Shown here: piece by piece, positions 45,330-55,546 of the stretch
Layout of the letters: each line of letters opens with the position of its first letter
Position numbering within the stretch: the stretch's first letter is position 1
DNA from: Oligoflexales bacterium
GTDB taxonomy: Bacteria; Bdellovibrionota_B; Oligoflexia; Oligoflexales; RGVZ01
NCBI GenBank assembly: GCA_947494335.1
Contig: CANLUT010000003.1
Coordinates: 135,381-199,380, forward strand
Length of the DNA: 64,000 bases
Direction of reading: 5' to 3'
Made by a program: the position numbers and the translations under genes
Notes under the pieces: generated by a model
Told to the model about the DNA's origin: nothing
Seen by the model: the letters and a program-made list of their open reading frames with translations, nothing else
Databases searched by the model: none

Positions 45330-46015
45330 ATCAAAGCAAATTTAAAGGAACGCAGTTTCCGCAAAAGAGTCCTCACTGGCTTGACAGATTGCTTACAAGC
45401 GAACAATTACGTCGTGTTGAGTCTCGGATTGAAGCAGCAGAGTTAAAGACCTCCGGCGAGATTGTTGTTGTTCTCTCTCAACGAAGCGTTCCTCTCCGCT
45501 CCTTGGAGTTGGTCTGCGGCTTTATATTTGCCGCGCTGACTTTGATATCTATCGAGCCATTTTTGGGTGATTGGTTGTCCTACATGGATATGTTTCTTGT
45601 TGGGCTAGTAGTTTTTTCTGTCGGATTACTAGGGTCTTTTATTGGTAAATGGTCATTTATCCGCAGACTCTTACTTAATGACAGGGACTCTGCAGCGCTC
45701 GCTGCTCAGCGTGCTGAATTGGAATTTTATCGTGCGGGTATTGGTCGTACACAGAATAAAACTGGTATCTTGCTTTATTTGGCGTTGCAGGACCATGAGG
45801 TCGTCGTATTGGCTGACAGGGGGATCTCGGAAAAACTTTCTGCTGAGACATGGGGAGAGGTCGTAGAGATGATTTTGCAGGGTATTAAGAGCAAGGACCT
45901 TGCTCTCGGTCTGCAAAATGCTGTTGATAAATGTGGTGATATTTTAGCGAGTCATTTTCCTGTTAGTGAAAATGATCGCAATGAGCTCTCAAATCATCTG
46001 ATAATCCTCGATTAG
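45323..46015 (+). CDS. Second TPM-domain membrane protein (TLP18.3/Psb32/MOLO-1-like)
   Basis: 'LRRVESRIEAAELKTSGEIVVVLSQRS', two TM segments, 'GILLYLALQDHEVVVLADRGI'. It overlaps the previous gene by 7 nt. Confidence 0.7.
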   Translation: MVDQSKFKGTQFPQKSPHWLDRLLTSEQLRRVESRIEAAELKTSGEIVVVLSQRSVPLRSLELVCGFIFAALTLISIEPFLGDWLSYMDMFLVGLVVFSVGLLGSFIGKWSFIRRLLLNDRDSAALAAQRAELEFYRAGIGRTQNKTGILLYLALQDHEVVVLADRGISEKLSAETWGEVVEMILQGIKSKDLALGLQNAVDKCGDILASHFPVSENDRNELSNHLIILD

Positions 46016-46017
46016 AG

Positions 46018-47247
46018 TTAGTGCTCGACCCAGTTTAGGTCACGTCCAAAGCTCTCTTTGATGCGCCGAAGAGCGAAAAATCCAATGACAACGCAAACCA
46101 TGCCAACAGTCAAAGCGCTTTGAATGATACCAACGCGCTCTTTCAGAAAGGCAAATGACGTCGTAATGATAACAACGCTTCCGCGGACAAAGTTCGGTAC
46201 CGTTGTAGTTACCGTTGCTCGAAGGTTGGTACCAAATTGTTCTGCGGCAACAGTTACAAAGATCGCCCAGTAGCCTACGGAGCATCCCATCAGAAAACAC
46301 AGAAGATAGTAGTAGGATGGAGGCATGTTCTTAGAGAACAGATATATAATAATCAAGATGGCGCTAGTAATTTGAAAAATCCACAGGGTGAGCTTACGTG
46401 ATTTCAACCACTGACTCACAATGCCGCTACCAATGTCACCGACTACAAGACCAGCGTAGGCCCAAAAAATACCATCACCGGCACTTACCGGTCCCGTAGC
46501 TCCCAAGGCGCTGCAGATTTCCGGTGCAAACGTCACCAAGATGCCGATCACAAACCACAGGGGGATGCCAATAAGAATGCAGTCCATGTAGCGCCCGAAA
46601 CGCTCAAGGTTGTTGAATAACATGGATACATCCCCGCGCCGGATGCCATCATCGCCTTTGACTTGATGGAACATTCCACTTTCCAGCATTTTAACCCGTA
46701 AGATTAAAAGCGTAAGACCGAGTGCGCCGCCGATGATATATGCTGTCTGCCATGAAAAATACTTACCAACAGTCGCAGCGAGCAGTGCTCCAGACACTCC
46801 GACGCCTGCAACTACAGACGTCCCGATGCCGCGACTTTCTTTGGGGAGGCTTTCACTTACAAGCGTGATAGCTGCTCCAAGCTCTCCTGCCAGACCGATT
46901 CCTGCTATAAGGCGAAGCCAAGCATACGTTTCAACATCGGTCACCATGCCGTTAGCAATATTAGCGAGCGAATACATGAGAATAGAGCCAAAAAGTACCG
47001 ATACACGACCAAGTTTATCGCCGAGGATGCCCCAGATAATCCCACCAACCAGCATGCCGGTCATTTGCATGTTAAGAAGTCGAACCCCTACCGGTAGCAG
47101 CTCAGATTCAGCGACTCCGAGATCTCTTAAGCTCGCAACACGGACAATGCTAAATAAAACCAAGTCGTAAATATCAACGAAGTATCCTAAGGCGGAAACG
47201 ATCACTGTGAGATTCAGTACATCTCTTTTCAAGTTTATGTCTTTCAT
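46018..47247 (-). CDS. MFS transporter
   Basis: A 12-TM profile. 'GDKLGRVSVLFGSILMY' matches the loop 2-3 motif G-x3-D-(R/K)-x-G-R. Confidence 0.85.
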   Translation of the reverse strand: MKDINLKRDVLNLTVIVSALGYFVDIYDLVLFSIVRVASLRDLGVAESELLPVGVRLLNMQMTGMLVGGIIWGILGDKLGRVSVLFGSILMYSLANIANGMVTDVETYAWLRLIAGIGLAGELGAAITLVSESLPKESRGIGTSVVAGVGVSGALLAATVGKYFSWQTAYIIGGALGLTLLILRVKMLESGMFHQVKGDDGIRRGDVSMLFNNLERFGRYMDCILIGIPLWFVIGILVTFAPEICSALGATGPVSAGDGIFWAYAGLVVGDIGSGIVSQWLKSRKLTLWIFQITSAILIIIYLFSKNMPPSYYYLLCFLMGCSVGYWAIFVTVAAEQFGTNLRATVTTTVPNFVRGSVVIITTSFAFLKERVGIIQSALTVGMVCVVIGFFALRRIKESFGRDLNWVEH

Positions 47248-47274
47248 GCACTCGTATCCTGCGATTTACATTAG

Positions 47275-47300
47275 AAAAAAGGCTCCGAAAGTCGGAGCCT
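47275..47300 (-). terminator. Rho-independent terminator after ald (minus strand)
   Basis: GGCTCCG (47281-47287) and CGGAGCC (47293-47299) flank the loop AAAGT. On the minus strand a T-run follows (plus-strand 'aaaaaa' at 47275-47280). Confidence 0.75.
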
Positions 47301-47324
47301 TTAGGGGCAACAGCTGTTGGCTGA

Positions 47325-48425
47325 TCAGAAAGCGGCGTAAGGCATATTAAGCGCTTCTGCGACTGCTTTATGAGTGACCTTACCAGCGTGAGTGTTAAGA
47401 CCTTTGCGCAGCGCTTCACTTTGCTCAAGTGCGCGTGCGAGACCTTTGTTTGCAAGCTCCAGTGCGTATCTGAGAGTGACATTGGTTAGAGCGTAGGTGG
47501 ATGTCTTTGGCACGTCGCCAGGGATGTTGGTTACACCGTAGTGCAACACGCCTTCAGCCTTGTAGACCGGATCGTCGTGAGTTGTAGGCTTGATGGTTTC
47601 AATGCAACCACCCTGGTCTATTGCGACGTCGACAACTACGGAGTCTGGTTCCATATTTGCAACATCTTTGCGACCAACCAACATAGGTGCTTTTGCTCCA
47701 GTTATCAATACAGCGCCGACAACTAAATCAGCTTCGCGAACTGCAGTGGCAACGTTCTCGGGATTCGACATCAGTGTGCTGATATTATTTCCAAAGACAT
47801 CGTCAAGGTAAGCTAGTCTTGCAGCATTAACGTCGAGAATCGTAACACTGGCGCCAAGACCTACAGCCATCTTTGCGGAGTTAATACCAACGACGCCACC
47901 ACCGATAATGACAACGCGTCCACGCTTCACACCTGGCACGCCGCCTAGAAGCAAGCCTTTACCGCCATTATGTTTTTGTAGACACTGAGCGCCAACTTGC
48001 ACGGCCATACGACCAGCAACTTCAGACATCGGTGTCAGCAATGGGAGAGATCCGTTGGAGAGTTCAATGGTCTCATATGCGACTGCGGAAACTTTGCGAT
48101 TCACTAATTCTTTAGCAAGTTCAGGAACAGCGGCAAGGTGCAGGTAGGTATAAAGAATCTGACCATCGCGCATTAGCTTGTACTCGGGCTCGATGGGTTC
48201 TTTAACTTTCATGACCATATCGGCGCGACCCCAAACGTCTTCTTTTGTCTCGACGATTTGAGCTCCAGCAGCGACAAACTTTTCGTCCGGAATGCCAGCC
48301 CCTAGGCCAGCGCCCTTTTGAATAATCACTTTGTGTCCGGCTGCAATAAGTTGGGCCACGCCGCCTGGGACAACGCCGACACGATTTTCACGGTTTTTAA
48401 TTTCCTTAGGTACACCAATAAGCAT
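47325..48425 (-). CDS. ald: Alanine dehydrogenase
   Basis: '[18 protein letters not shown]', NAD-binding '[14 protein letters not shown]', 'YCVANMPG'-like 'HYGVTNIPG'. AGGAAGG Shine-Dalgarno 9 nt before ATG 48425. Confidence 0.9.
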   Translation of the reverse strand: MLIGVPKEIKNRENRVGVVPGGVAQLIAAGHKVIIQKGAGLGAGIPDEKFVAAGAQIVETKEDVWGRADMVMKVKEPIEPEYKLMRDGQILYTYLHLAAVPELAKELVNRKVSAVAYETIELSNGSLPLLTPMSEVAGRMAVQVGAQCLQKHNGGKGLLLGGVPGVKRGRVVIIGGGVVGINSAKMAVGLGASVTILDVNAARLAYLDDVFGNNISTLMSNPENVATAVREADLVVGAVLITGAKAPMLVGRKDVANMEPDSVVVDVAIDQGGCIETIKPTTHDDPVYKAEGVLHYGVTNIPGDVPKTSTYALTNVTLRYALELANKGLARALEQSEALRKGLNTHAGKVTHKAVAEALNMPYAAF

Positions 48426-48527
48426 GGCTTCCATCCTTCCTGATTGAGGAGGTTAGTTGGTTAAAACAGGCTTGTAGGCTACCAAAAGCCATGTCTCACC
48501 GCAAGAATTCCGAGAGCTTAGGCGACT

Positions 48528-49250
48528 CTAGTGCTGGTCCAGAGCGGAAACGACAAAATTTGGCTCCAGCCAAACATTAGAAAACTCATGGCTCGACTGA
48601 CAGTGACTGCTATTTTTTAACCAATCAGCAAATAATTGATCGGCCACATTGTTTAAAACCCAGTAATTTTGATTGGTTACAGAATTTGTCGTTGTGAAGT
48701 CGATCCGGGCGGCACGGACCTTTTGCCCTTTGAGAAGATGCTCGTAGATGGCGTGACCAAAGATAAGATCAACCGAATCACCCTTGTTGTCTTTCAGTCT
48801 GATAACACCGCCCTCGTCGAATACGGTTAAAAGATCTTGGGTTCTTGTGCGATTTTCTCCAGGCATCAATCCATTTGGGGACTCTTGAAAGTGACGTAGA
48901 TTCAGCTGCAATTTCGACATGGGAAAAATGAGAAAAGACAAACAATTGAGAAAATCATGAAGACTGCGTTGGCGGACCGGAATTTTACCCTGAGTGCCGA
49001 TGAGAGCAACATAGCCGCTAAGCGATGCGTCCCCACGTGATTTTGCCCGCCTAGGGACAACGGATTGTTCCACAAAAACCCATTGAAAATCTGGACGCAA
49101 CTCTTTGGATACCTGATTTAACTCATCGATGCTCGGCCAGTCGTTAAATCGCTCAATAAATGGAATTATGTAGTTGTGCGCTCCAATGAATGCAGAGTCT
49201 TCGCAGCAACGTCTTCGAACGATTGGCCAAGTTATGGCTGCGGCAGTCAT
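48528..49250 (-). CDS. Hypothetical protein, possibly DUF3025-like
   Basis: 'SLHDFLNCLSFLIFPMSKLQLNLRH' resembles the 'HDxFNALxWxxFPxxKxxLNxxH' signature I associate with DUF3025. This is from memory only. Confidence 0.4.
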   Translation of the reverse strand: MTAAAITWPIVRRRCCEDSAFIGAHNYIIPFIERFNDWPSIDELNQVSKELRPDFQWVFVEQSVVPRRAKSRGDASLSGYVALIGTQGKIPVRQRSLHDFLNCLSFLIFPMSKLQLNLRHFQESPNGLMPGENRTRTQDLLTVFDEGGVIRLKDNKGDSVDLIFGHAIYEHLLKGQKVRAARIDFTTTNSVTNQNYWVLNNVADQLFADWLKNSSHCQSSHEFSNVWLEPNFVVSALDQH

Positions 49251-49378
49251 CGCATGCTCCTGTTAGGGCCCAGATGGGCAAGATTTTCCCGTTCAGTTAC
49301 CAGAAGTCTTTCCGATAGGCGAGTATCAATTTGGGTTTCAGTATTTGTAAATGAGAACCAACGCGTATGGAGGGGTAA

Positions 49379-50104
49379 ATGAACATCTATAAAACAATAG
49401 GGCTAGCTGTTTTGGCTATGAGTGCCCGCGCAGAGGCGGGAGATGTTATGAGGAAAATGATACTTGAAGTGGATCCGGTGGCTCCGGCCTCTTCGGCGTA
49501 CGAGCAGTCAATCAACGGGATCACAACAAGCAAATACGGCGCTGGGGTGGATTTCAATTTGGGTACAACTGTGTCGACAGGACCAGAAATTTGGTCAGGT
49601 ACATTTGTCGCGCGTGGCGATGACAGCGGAGCATCGTATCGGCGAGAAGATTTGTGGCCAGGTGAGCGTCATAAAATTGATGCCATGCGGTTTCGATGGT
49701 CCGTCGGTGTCTGGGAACAAGGACAATCCATGCGCGGATGGTATTTTAAAGCTGCCTATAATTGGACTCGCATCAACAGCCGCGCCAATCGATTCACAGA
49801 GACAATTTCCGATGGTCTTAGCGCATCAGTAAATGACAGTCCAAATGATGAAACAGATTTGATCACTGATATGCGTCACGGGGTCAGTCTTGCCTTTGGA
49901 AATCGTTGGGTCATTGGCGAAAACTTTATGGCCGGAATTGGCGCCAGTGTGACTCACAATTTCCGACGCGCCGTGGCAGTTGATAGCAAGGATCCTATGG
50001 CAAAGGCTGATTATGAGGATCTCATCAATCATGCACTGCCTGATACGAGAATGGCTGTAAGACCAACGCCTGAAGTGAATATTGGACTTGGTTACAGTCT
50101 GTAG
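49379..50104 (+). CDS. Hypothetical secreted protein, possibly an outer-membrane beta-barrel
   Basis: GGAGGGG Shine-Dalgarno. Signal 'MNIYKTIGLAVLAMSARAEA|G'. Alternating aromatic/Gly segments ('WYFKAAYNWTRI', 'GVSLAFGNRWVIG', 'VNIGLGYSL'). Confidence 0.45.
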   Translation: MNIYKTIGLAVLAMSARAEAGDVMRKMILEVDPVAPASSAYEQSINGITTSKYGAGVDFNLGTTVSTGPEIWSGTFVARGDDSGASYRREDLWPGERHKIDAMRFRWSVGVWEQGQSMRGWYFKAAYNWTRINSRANRFTETISDGLSASVNDSPNDETDLITDMRHGVSLAFGNRWVIGENFMAGIGASVTHNFRRAVAVDSKDPMAKADYEDLINHALPDTRMAVRPTPEVNIGLGYSL

Positions 50105-50187
50105 TTTTTTGGTTTTAAACTTAGACCCTCCGGGCAATCGACCGAAAGGTTGATTGCCCAATTTCTTTTGTATGATATAAACGCCAG

Positions 50188-51114
50188 ATGTCGATTATCT
50201 GGTTTTTACCTTTTATGATTTTTGCTGCCAGTCCGTGGTGTGACTCCTCATGGGCTCTGGCGCTTGGGCTTTTCGTAAGTCTTTTATTGCAGTGGCCGCT
50301 TCCAACTCAACTTCGCAACGGTGGCAAGTGGCTCATGCAGATTTCAATTGTTGGTTTGGGCTTTGCCTTGGACCCGTCCGCCGTCCAGCGTGCCGGCACA
50401 CAGTCTGTAGTTGTGACCTTGGTTGGCCTGATTGGAATTATGACGGTAGCATTTGTCGTAGCAAAGCCTCTCAAAATTAATGCTTCAACGGGCTCTCTGA
50501 TTGCTGCAGGAACTGGGATTTGTGGCGGTAGCGCCATTGCGGCGATGTCCCCGGTTGTCGGTGCTTCAAGCGCTGAAACGGCTGTCGCATTGGCCACAGT
50601 TTTTTCACTGAATGCGATCGCGCTTTTTGTGTTTCCACCCTTAGGGCACTTGTTTGCTTTAAATCCTGAGCAATTTGGGCTTTGGTCTGCGATAGCAATT
50701 CATGACACCAGTTCTGTTGTGGGAGCCGCAACTCAATTTCATCCGGACAGTGTAGCTGTTGCTGTGACAACCAAGCTTACGCGTGCCTTGTGGATTGTTC
50801 CCATGATTTTTGTGACGACATATGTTGTTCGTCGCAATGGATCTGTTGATGGCCAGGGGAAGGCTAAAATTCCAGTATTCATTTTTTTATTTGTGTTGGC
50901 TGTGATCATTCATGCGCTGCTCCCCGAGATGCCCCAAGTTTATAAAGCGATCGATACTGCAGGTAAGTCGTTATTGAGAGTGGCTATCTTTCTTATCGGA
51001 GCTCAATTATCGAGGTCGATGATCAAAAGTGTCGGAAGCCGGGCGCTGGCAATGGGAGTCATCCTGTGGGTGGTCATGGGGACGGGGTCACTGCTATGGG
51101 TGAGGACTTTGTAA
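50188..51114 (+). CDS. YeiH/UPF0324-family membrane protein (putative sulfate exporter family)
   Basis: Polytopic. 'LIAAGTGICGGSAIAAMSPVV' matches the family 'GTxICGxSAIxA' motif. Confidence 0.7.
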   Translation: MSIIWFLPFMIFAASPWCDSSWALALGLFVSLLLQWPLPTQLRNGGKWLMQISIVGLGFALDPSAVQRAGTQSVVVTLVGLIGIMTVAFVVAKPLKINASTGSLIAAGTGICGGSAIAAMSPVVGASSAETAVALATVFSLNAIALFVFPPLGHLFALNPEQFGLWSAIAIHDTSSVVGAATQFHPDSVAVAVTTKLTRALWIVPMIFVTTYVVRRNGSVDGQGKAKIPVFIFLFVLAVIIHALLPEMPQVYKAIDTAGKSLLRVAIFLIGAQLSRSMIKSVGSRALAMGVILWVVMGTGSLLWVRTL

Positions 51115-51178
51115 CAGATTTAAAAGCGAACAGCCCGCCCTTTATAGTCAGGGCGAGCTGCTGATGATTGCCAAAAGA

Positions 51179-52528
51179 TCACTTGAACTTTACGAAGCAG
51201 ACCACTCCGTGCTTTTCACCTGGTTTGATGTCTTTGGCTGAACGAAATGTACCGGTCGCCATGTTGAAAACGCGTCCACCAGCCATCCAGAACGTGGTGG
51301 TCTGTGCTCCTAATTTTGGTGCGTCGCCGAATACGAGGTCCTTGATGTTGCGATCATAAGCGGCCTTCATGTCTGCTCCGTAAGGTAGCAGGCGTTTACC
51401 CGCTGGTTCATCCGCGTTGGCGGCAGGACAGAGTTTGAAACGTTGGCCTGCAGTGACTTTTTCCATCGATGGACGAACCCAGACGTTACAGTTGGCTGTA
51501 TCCTGCCAGCGACCACGGCCAGTTGTAGTGTTTGTAGCCAGCAGTACAAAGTTGGCGCGATCTCCTTGCGGCACACAGACTGGGTTTGCCGCAATGCTAT
51601 CTGCATTCATGCGAACAAAGCCATAGGAGTATGAATTCTGCTTGCCAATGACGACCAAGTACACCCTGGAGTCAGCGAGGCCAGTAATATTTATGCCCAA
51701 TTGGCTACTCCTATCAATCGTGGAAGGCAGATCTTTGAAAAGAACACCAGATTTTGAAATGGCGCTTGGTAGATCAGTTTCTAATGGCGTTGTTTCATCG
51801 TCACGCGTTACAACGGCGATCTTCAGATCTTTCACAGCGTCCGTGCCGCACTTCATTTGTTTCATCTCTGTACCCACGAAGCCTGCCGCATCTTTACAGA
51901 TGAGCTTGAGATTCAGTGCGTTTGCAAGAAGTTTCGCAGCAGCGACCTTGATTTGTGGTGCTGTGGTCGGCTCAGACGTTGGCAGGATAGGAATTCCATC
52001 TCGGGTTCCAACAACGGTCTCAAAGGCTTGAACGTTTGAATAGTCGTACTCCACGGTAGCGTCTGCTTTCAGCGGAGATGGAAGTTGTTTTTTGACTCTT
52101 ACGTACAGTTGATCATTGGCGTCTTTATCATTTACAAACTTTCCAACCTCGTTGACCGCATACTTAGTAAAGCCTGAGCCTCCAGCTGCTTCAATATAGT
52201 TCTTTTCACCAACTTTGATGGACTTTAGTTTTGCTACACAGTTTACGGCGCCGATCGGGATTTCAAATGGTGCGGCTTCCACATCCATGGCTTCAACATC
52301 GTCGCACTCAACCTGAAGTTTGTAAGCAACGACAGGTTGCGCATCATCACCATCGGCGAGAGATAGCGAGTTTTGATCGTGTTCGGCGTTTCCTGCCTCA
52401 AAATCAACGGACGCCCAACCACTGTTGCTGCTGCGTTTTCCGCGCGAGCTTCCCTGGTCTCCTTGGCAGGAGGTTATCGTAACCCCTAAAAGGGCGACTA
52501 ACGCAGGTAGATAAAGCTTCGAGTTCAT
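51179..52528 (-). CDS. Hypothetical lipoprotein (449 aa)
   Basis: GGGAGG Shine-Dalgarno before ATG 52528. Lipobox 'LLGVTITSC|QG'. Cys-rich C-terminal half. The ORF-track extension to 52681 lacks signal features. Confidence 0.55.
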   Translation of the reverse strand: MNSKLYLPALVALLGVTITSCQGDQGSSRGKRSSNSGWASVDFEAGNAEHDQNSLSLADGDDAQPVVAYKLQVECDDVEAMDVEAAPFEIPIGAVNCVAKLKSIKVGEKNYIEAAGGSGFTKYAVNEVGKFVNDKDANDQLYVRVKKQLPSPLKADATVEYDYSNVQAFETVVGTRDGIPILPTSEPTTAPQIKVAAAKLLANALNLKLICKDAAGFVGTEMKQMKCGTDAVKDLKIAVVTRDDETTPLETDLPSAISKSGVLFKDLPSTIDRSSQLGINITGLADSRVYLVVIGKQNSYSYGFVRMNADSIAANPVCVPQGDRANFVLLATNTTTGRGRWQDTANCNVWVRPSMEKVTAGQRFKLCPAANADEPAGKRLLPYGADMKAAYDRNIKDLVFGDAPKLGAQTTTFWMAGGRVFNMATGTFRSAKDIKPGEKHGVVCFVKFK

Positions 52529-52736
52529 GATGCGGCCTCCCAAACCTTGGTCCAATGTCAGAAGATGCTTCGGAGTAAAGCGATCCATTCTTGAGCTAAA
52601 TTTAAAAATATCTGATTTTATTAAATAAAATTTTAACCTTTCAAATGTCGTGCTAACGCCTCGGTCTGGCTGACAGGGCAAAAGCTGATGAAATTTTTGA
52701 AGTTTGTGTCTCTGTTTACAGGCTAGTGCATTAAAG

Positions 52737-53297
52737 TCATTTAAACAGAAGAGAACGATATTGCTTCAACTCTTCAATGCTCTCCTTGATGTCATCGAGG
52801 GCGCGATGTGAGCTTCTTTTCTCAATGAGGCTTGCTAGAGCGGCAGGTTGCCAAATCTTTCCTAAAATTTTGACCGTGCTGACGTCAATCAGTCTATAGT
52901 GAAGATACGCGTCGAGCTGTTTCATATGCTTGGCAATAAAACGACGATCCTGCCAAATGCTGTTACCGCAAAGTGGACTCTCCCGCGGTCCCACGTGTTT
53001 TTTAATAAAATCAACCGTCATGGTCTCTGCCTGTTGTTGAGAGACCGTCGATTTTAGTACTTTATCCCAGAGTCCACTTTTTGTGTGATGCTCTTGATTC
53101 CATGCGTCCATCGACTGGAACATCGATTCGGGTTGGTTGATGACGATCTCAGGACCTTCCGCAACGACGGAAAGATCCGTATCAGTTATGAGCGTTGCCA
53201 TCTCGATAATGACATCACGATCGGGATCTAACCCTGTCATCTCGAGATCCATCCATACAAGTTTAACGGGAGCGTCATTTTTCTTTTTTTCGGTCAC
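52737..53297 (-). CDS. orn: Oligoribonuclease
   Basis: 'LVWMDLEMTGLDPDRDVIIEMATLITD', 'PLCGNSIWQDRRFI', 'YLHYRLIDVSTVK', 'SSHRALDDIKESIEEL'. Colinear with E. coli Orn. Confidence 0.95.
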   Translation of the reverse strand: MTEKKKNDAPVKLVWMDLEMTGLDPDRDVIIEMATLITDTDLSVVAEGPEIVINQPESMFQSMDAWNQEHHTKSGLWDKVLKSTVSQQQAETMTVDFIKKHVGPRESPLCGNSIWQDRRFIAKHMKQLDAYLHYRLIDVSTVKILGKIWQPAALASLIEKRSSHRALDDIKESIEELKQYRSLLFK

Positions 53298-53332
53298 GAT
53301 TCTTTTCTCTCAATCTCTCTTATTACGATTTT

Positions 53333-54067
53333 TCAGTTAGCACGAAATTCAAAGATTTTCTGCCTTTCTGCAATCCATTCAAAGATAGAGTTTACTTGAA
53401 CATTCTGCAAAATGTCCTCGTTTGATTTTACGGCTTGCCTAGCGACCTGCGTCTCTTCAAATGGGTTGCAAGCAGCGCTGTAATAATCATTCCCTTCGTG
53501 AGTGGCGGAAATTGCACCTGCCTGCATCAAAGAATCGATAACTGCAGATGGTGTCGAGCCGGAGCGAGCTTTGGCCAGAATTTTAGATGGTCGATGGCCA
53601 AAAGATGTCGGATAGAGATTAGAATCGAGTATGCCAGTTGATGAATCCTGAAAGACCCAGTCCGCATGGCGTGGATCAAAAGAAAAAACAACGTTACCGC
53701 GGCTTGTTTTTACTAGTGCACGACCTTGTGCTGCAAGGGGGTTCGATTCTGGCACTGACAACCAAATCTGAATTTCGGTATTGGGAGCCAGTTCGCTACT
53801 CGGCTGTCTTGCTGTAAGCCAGTGTCGAGCCGCTTCCTGTATGCGATCTTGGAATAATTCTTTGCTGTAAATAAACGTTTCGTCTCCGAGGCGTATTTCA
53901 TAATCGCTCTCTAATTCACATGCTTCGACGATGGGATTTGGACTACCCAGGGGAAATCCCATGCAGCTTATGTTGGCGATGGCCACCTCTGACATGCTAA
54001 AGCCGAGGGCAATGGCAGTAAGGCGAACCCAATTATGTTTTAAAAACCTGATCAAAGAGGCCCCCAA
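53333..54067 (-). CDS. Hypothetical protein (possible signal/lipobox)
   Basis: An uninterrupted 244-codon ORF with a hydrophobic N-terminus 'VRLTAIALGFSMSEVAIANISC'. No recognisable family. Confidence 0.4.
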   Translation of the reverse strand: MGASLIRFLKHNWVRLTAIALGFSMSEVAIANISCMGFPLGSPNPIVEACELESDYEIRLGDETFIYSKELFQDRIQEAARHWLTARQPSSELAPNTEIQIWLSVPESNPLAAQGRALVKTSRGNVVFSFDPRHADWVFQDSSTGILDSNLYPTSFGHRPSKILAKARSGSTPSAVIDSLMQAGAISATHEGNDYYSAACNPFEETQVARQAVKSNEDILQNVQVNSIFEWIAERQKIFEFRAN

Positions 54068-54277
54068 CTCAACATCGGCAAGTGCCGAAGATTAGGGGGC
54101 TGCTCGGATGGTTTTGGTGAAAAGTTAAGTAGCATTTAGGAAAAACAAACACCGCCGTTGCGAAGCGTCCAAAATTTAAAGCTTTTTTCCTTGGGCTAGG
54201 GGTTTTAAGTTGCTTATTCATGGCCCCCATGGTCAGATAAGGTCGAAGTTTTTCACCCATTTGGAGAGTTATTCTTT

Positions 54278-55339
54278 ATGAAGCTGACGGCATTGAGATG
54301 TTTGGTTGGTCTTACTGCGATCGTATTAACCGGTCTTGCGCAAGCAGCTGAGCCTGCATTTAAAGTTTATGGCACTGCGGTGACTATGGAAGAGGTCGCA
54401 AAGGAGAAACAGGGCGACTTTTACGAGATCGAAAAGAAAAAATATGAACTAATCGAGAGCATGGCTTTTGAAAAGTACCTCGAGAAGTTTTGGGAAAAGA
54501 AAGCTGCTGACCAGAAAACGACAGTCTCAGAAGCTCGACGTGTGTACATGGAAAAGAATGCCAAAATATCTGAATCAGAAGTGCGGCAGATGGTTGATAA
54601 GTACAAAGACAACCCCCAGTTTGCTAAATTCAGCAAAGACGAACAGCAAAAGCAGGTTCGTGAATTTTTGCGTGATCGCGCGTCTCGAAACATCGAGATG
54701 GACATCATCAAGCAAGGAAAAAAGAGTGGCGATTTGGCGATTTCATTTCCAGAGCCAAAGGAACCTGTTTTTGCGATTGTCTTGAAAGACACAGACCAAA
54801 CTCGTTATGGACCTGGCATGGATGACATCAAACCGCTTGGATGTGAGAGAAAGGCGTGTCCAATTACTATTGTTGAATACAGCGAATTTCAGTGTCCTTT
54901 TTGCTCCAAAGTTATGCCAGCTATCAAGCGTATCTTGACCGAGTATCGTGGCAAGATCAGTTGGACGGTTAGGGACTTCCCGCTGAGCTTTCATGATCGC
55001 GCCCGTCCGGCGGCTGTGGCTGCGCACTGTGCCGGTGACCAAGGAAAGTATTGGGGTATGTACCAAGCTATGTTTGATAACCAAACGGAGCTTCAGGACG
55101 AACATCTCAAGAAGTACGCACTAAAACTTGTGCCAAACAAGCCAAAGTGGGAAGAGTGCTTCAAAAATGCCTCAGCTAAATACGCACTGATCGATGCCAA
55201 TATGGAATCTGGAATGAAAGTTGGTGTGTCGGGAACTCCTGCGTTTTTTATTAATGGCCGGCGTCTCAGTGGGGCCTTGCCATACGAGGAGTTTAAACGG
55301 GTGATTGATGACGAGCTTTCTCGTCGAAAAAAGAGCTAA
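54278..55339 (+). CDS. Periplasmic DsbA-family thiol:disulfide oxidoreductase with an N-terminal helical (SurA-N-like) extension
   Basis: Signal 'LVGLTAIVLTGLAQA|AE'. Thioredoxin-fold active site 'EFQCPFCSK' and 'GVSGTPAFFINGR'. Confidence 0.75.
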   Translation: MKLTALRCLVGLTAIVLTGLAQAAEPAFKVYGTAVTMEEVAKEKQGDFYEIEKKKYELIESMAFEKYLEKFWEKKAADQKTTVSEARRVYMEKNAKISESEVRQMVDKYKDNPQFAKFSKDEQQKQVREFLRDRASRNIEMDIIKQGKKSGDLAISFPEPKEPVFAIVLKDTDQTRYGPGMDDIKPLGCERKACPITIVEYSEFQCPFCSKVMPAIKRILTEYRGKISWTVRDFPLSFHDRARPAAVAAHCAGDQGKYWGMYQAMFDNQTELQDEHLKKYALKLVPNKPKWEECFKNASAKYALIDANMESGMKVGVSGTPAFFINGRRLSGALPYEEFKRVIDDELSRRKKS

Positions 55340-55367
55340 ATTTAGATTGTTTGAACGCAGAGAATTT

Positions 55368-55403
55368 CGGGAGTTTCGCAAGAAGCTCCCGTTTATTTTT
55401 TTA
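55368..55403 (+). terminator. Rho-independent terminator after the DsbA-family gene
   Basis: Stem CGGGAG (55368-55373), 12-nt loop, stem CTCCCG (55386-55391), then 'tttattttttta'. Confidence 0.75.
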
Positions 55404-55546
55404 TTTAATTTTAAATGGTTAGCTGGTTGGCGGGATAGTTAAGGTTGACACTCCATCGTGTCGCTGGCAAAAGGTCCGGACTTCTATGTCTTTTATTTAA
55501 TCAGATGAGTTGCATGCAACTGATCATCGCGATCGAGGTTGGATTG

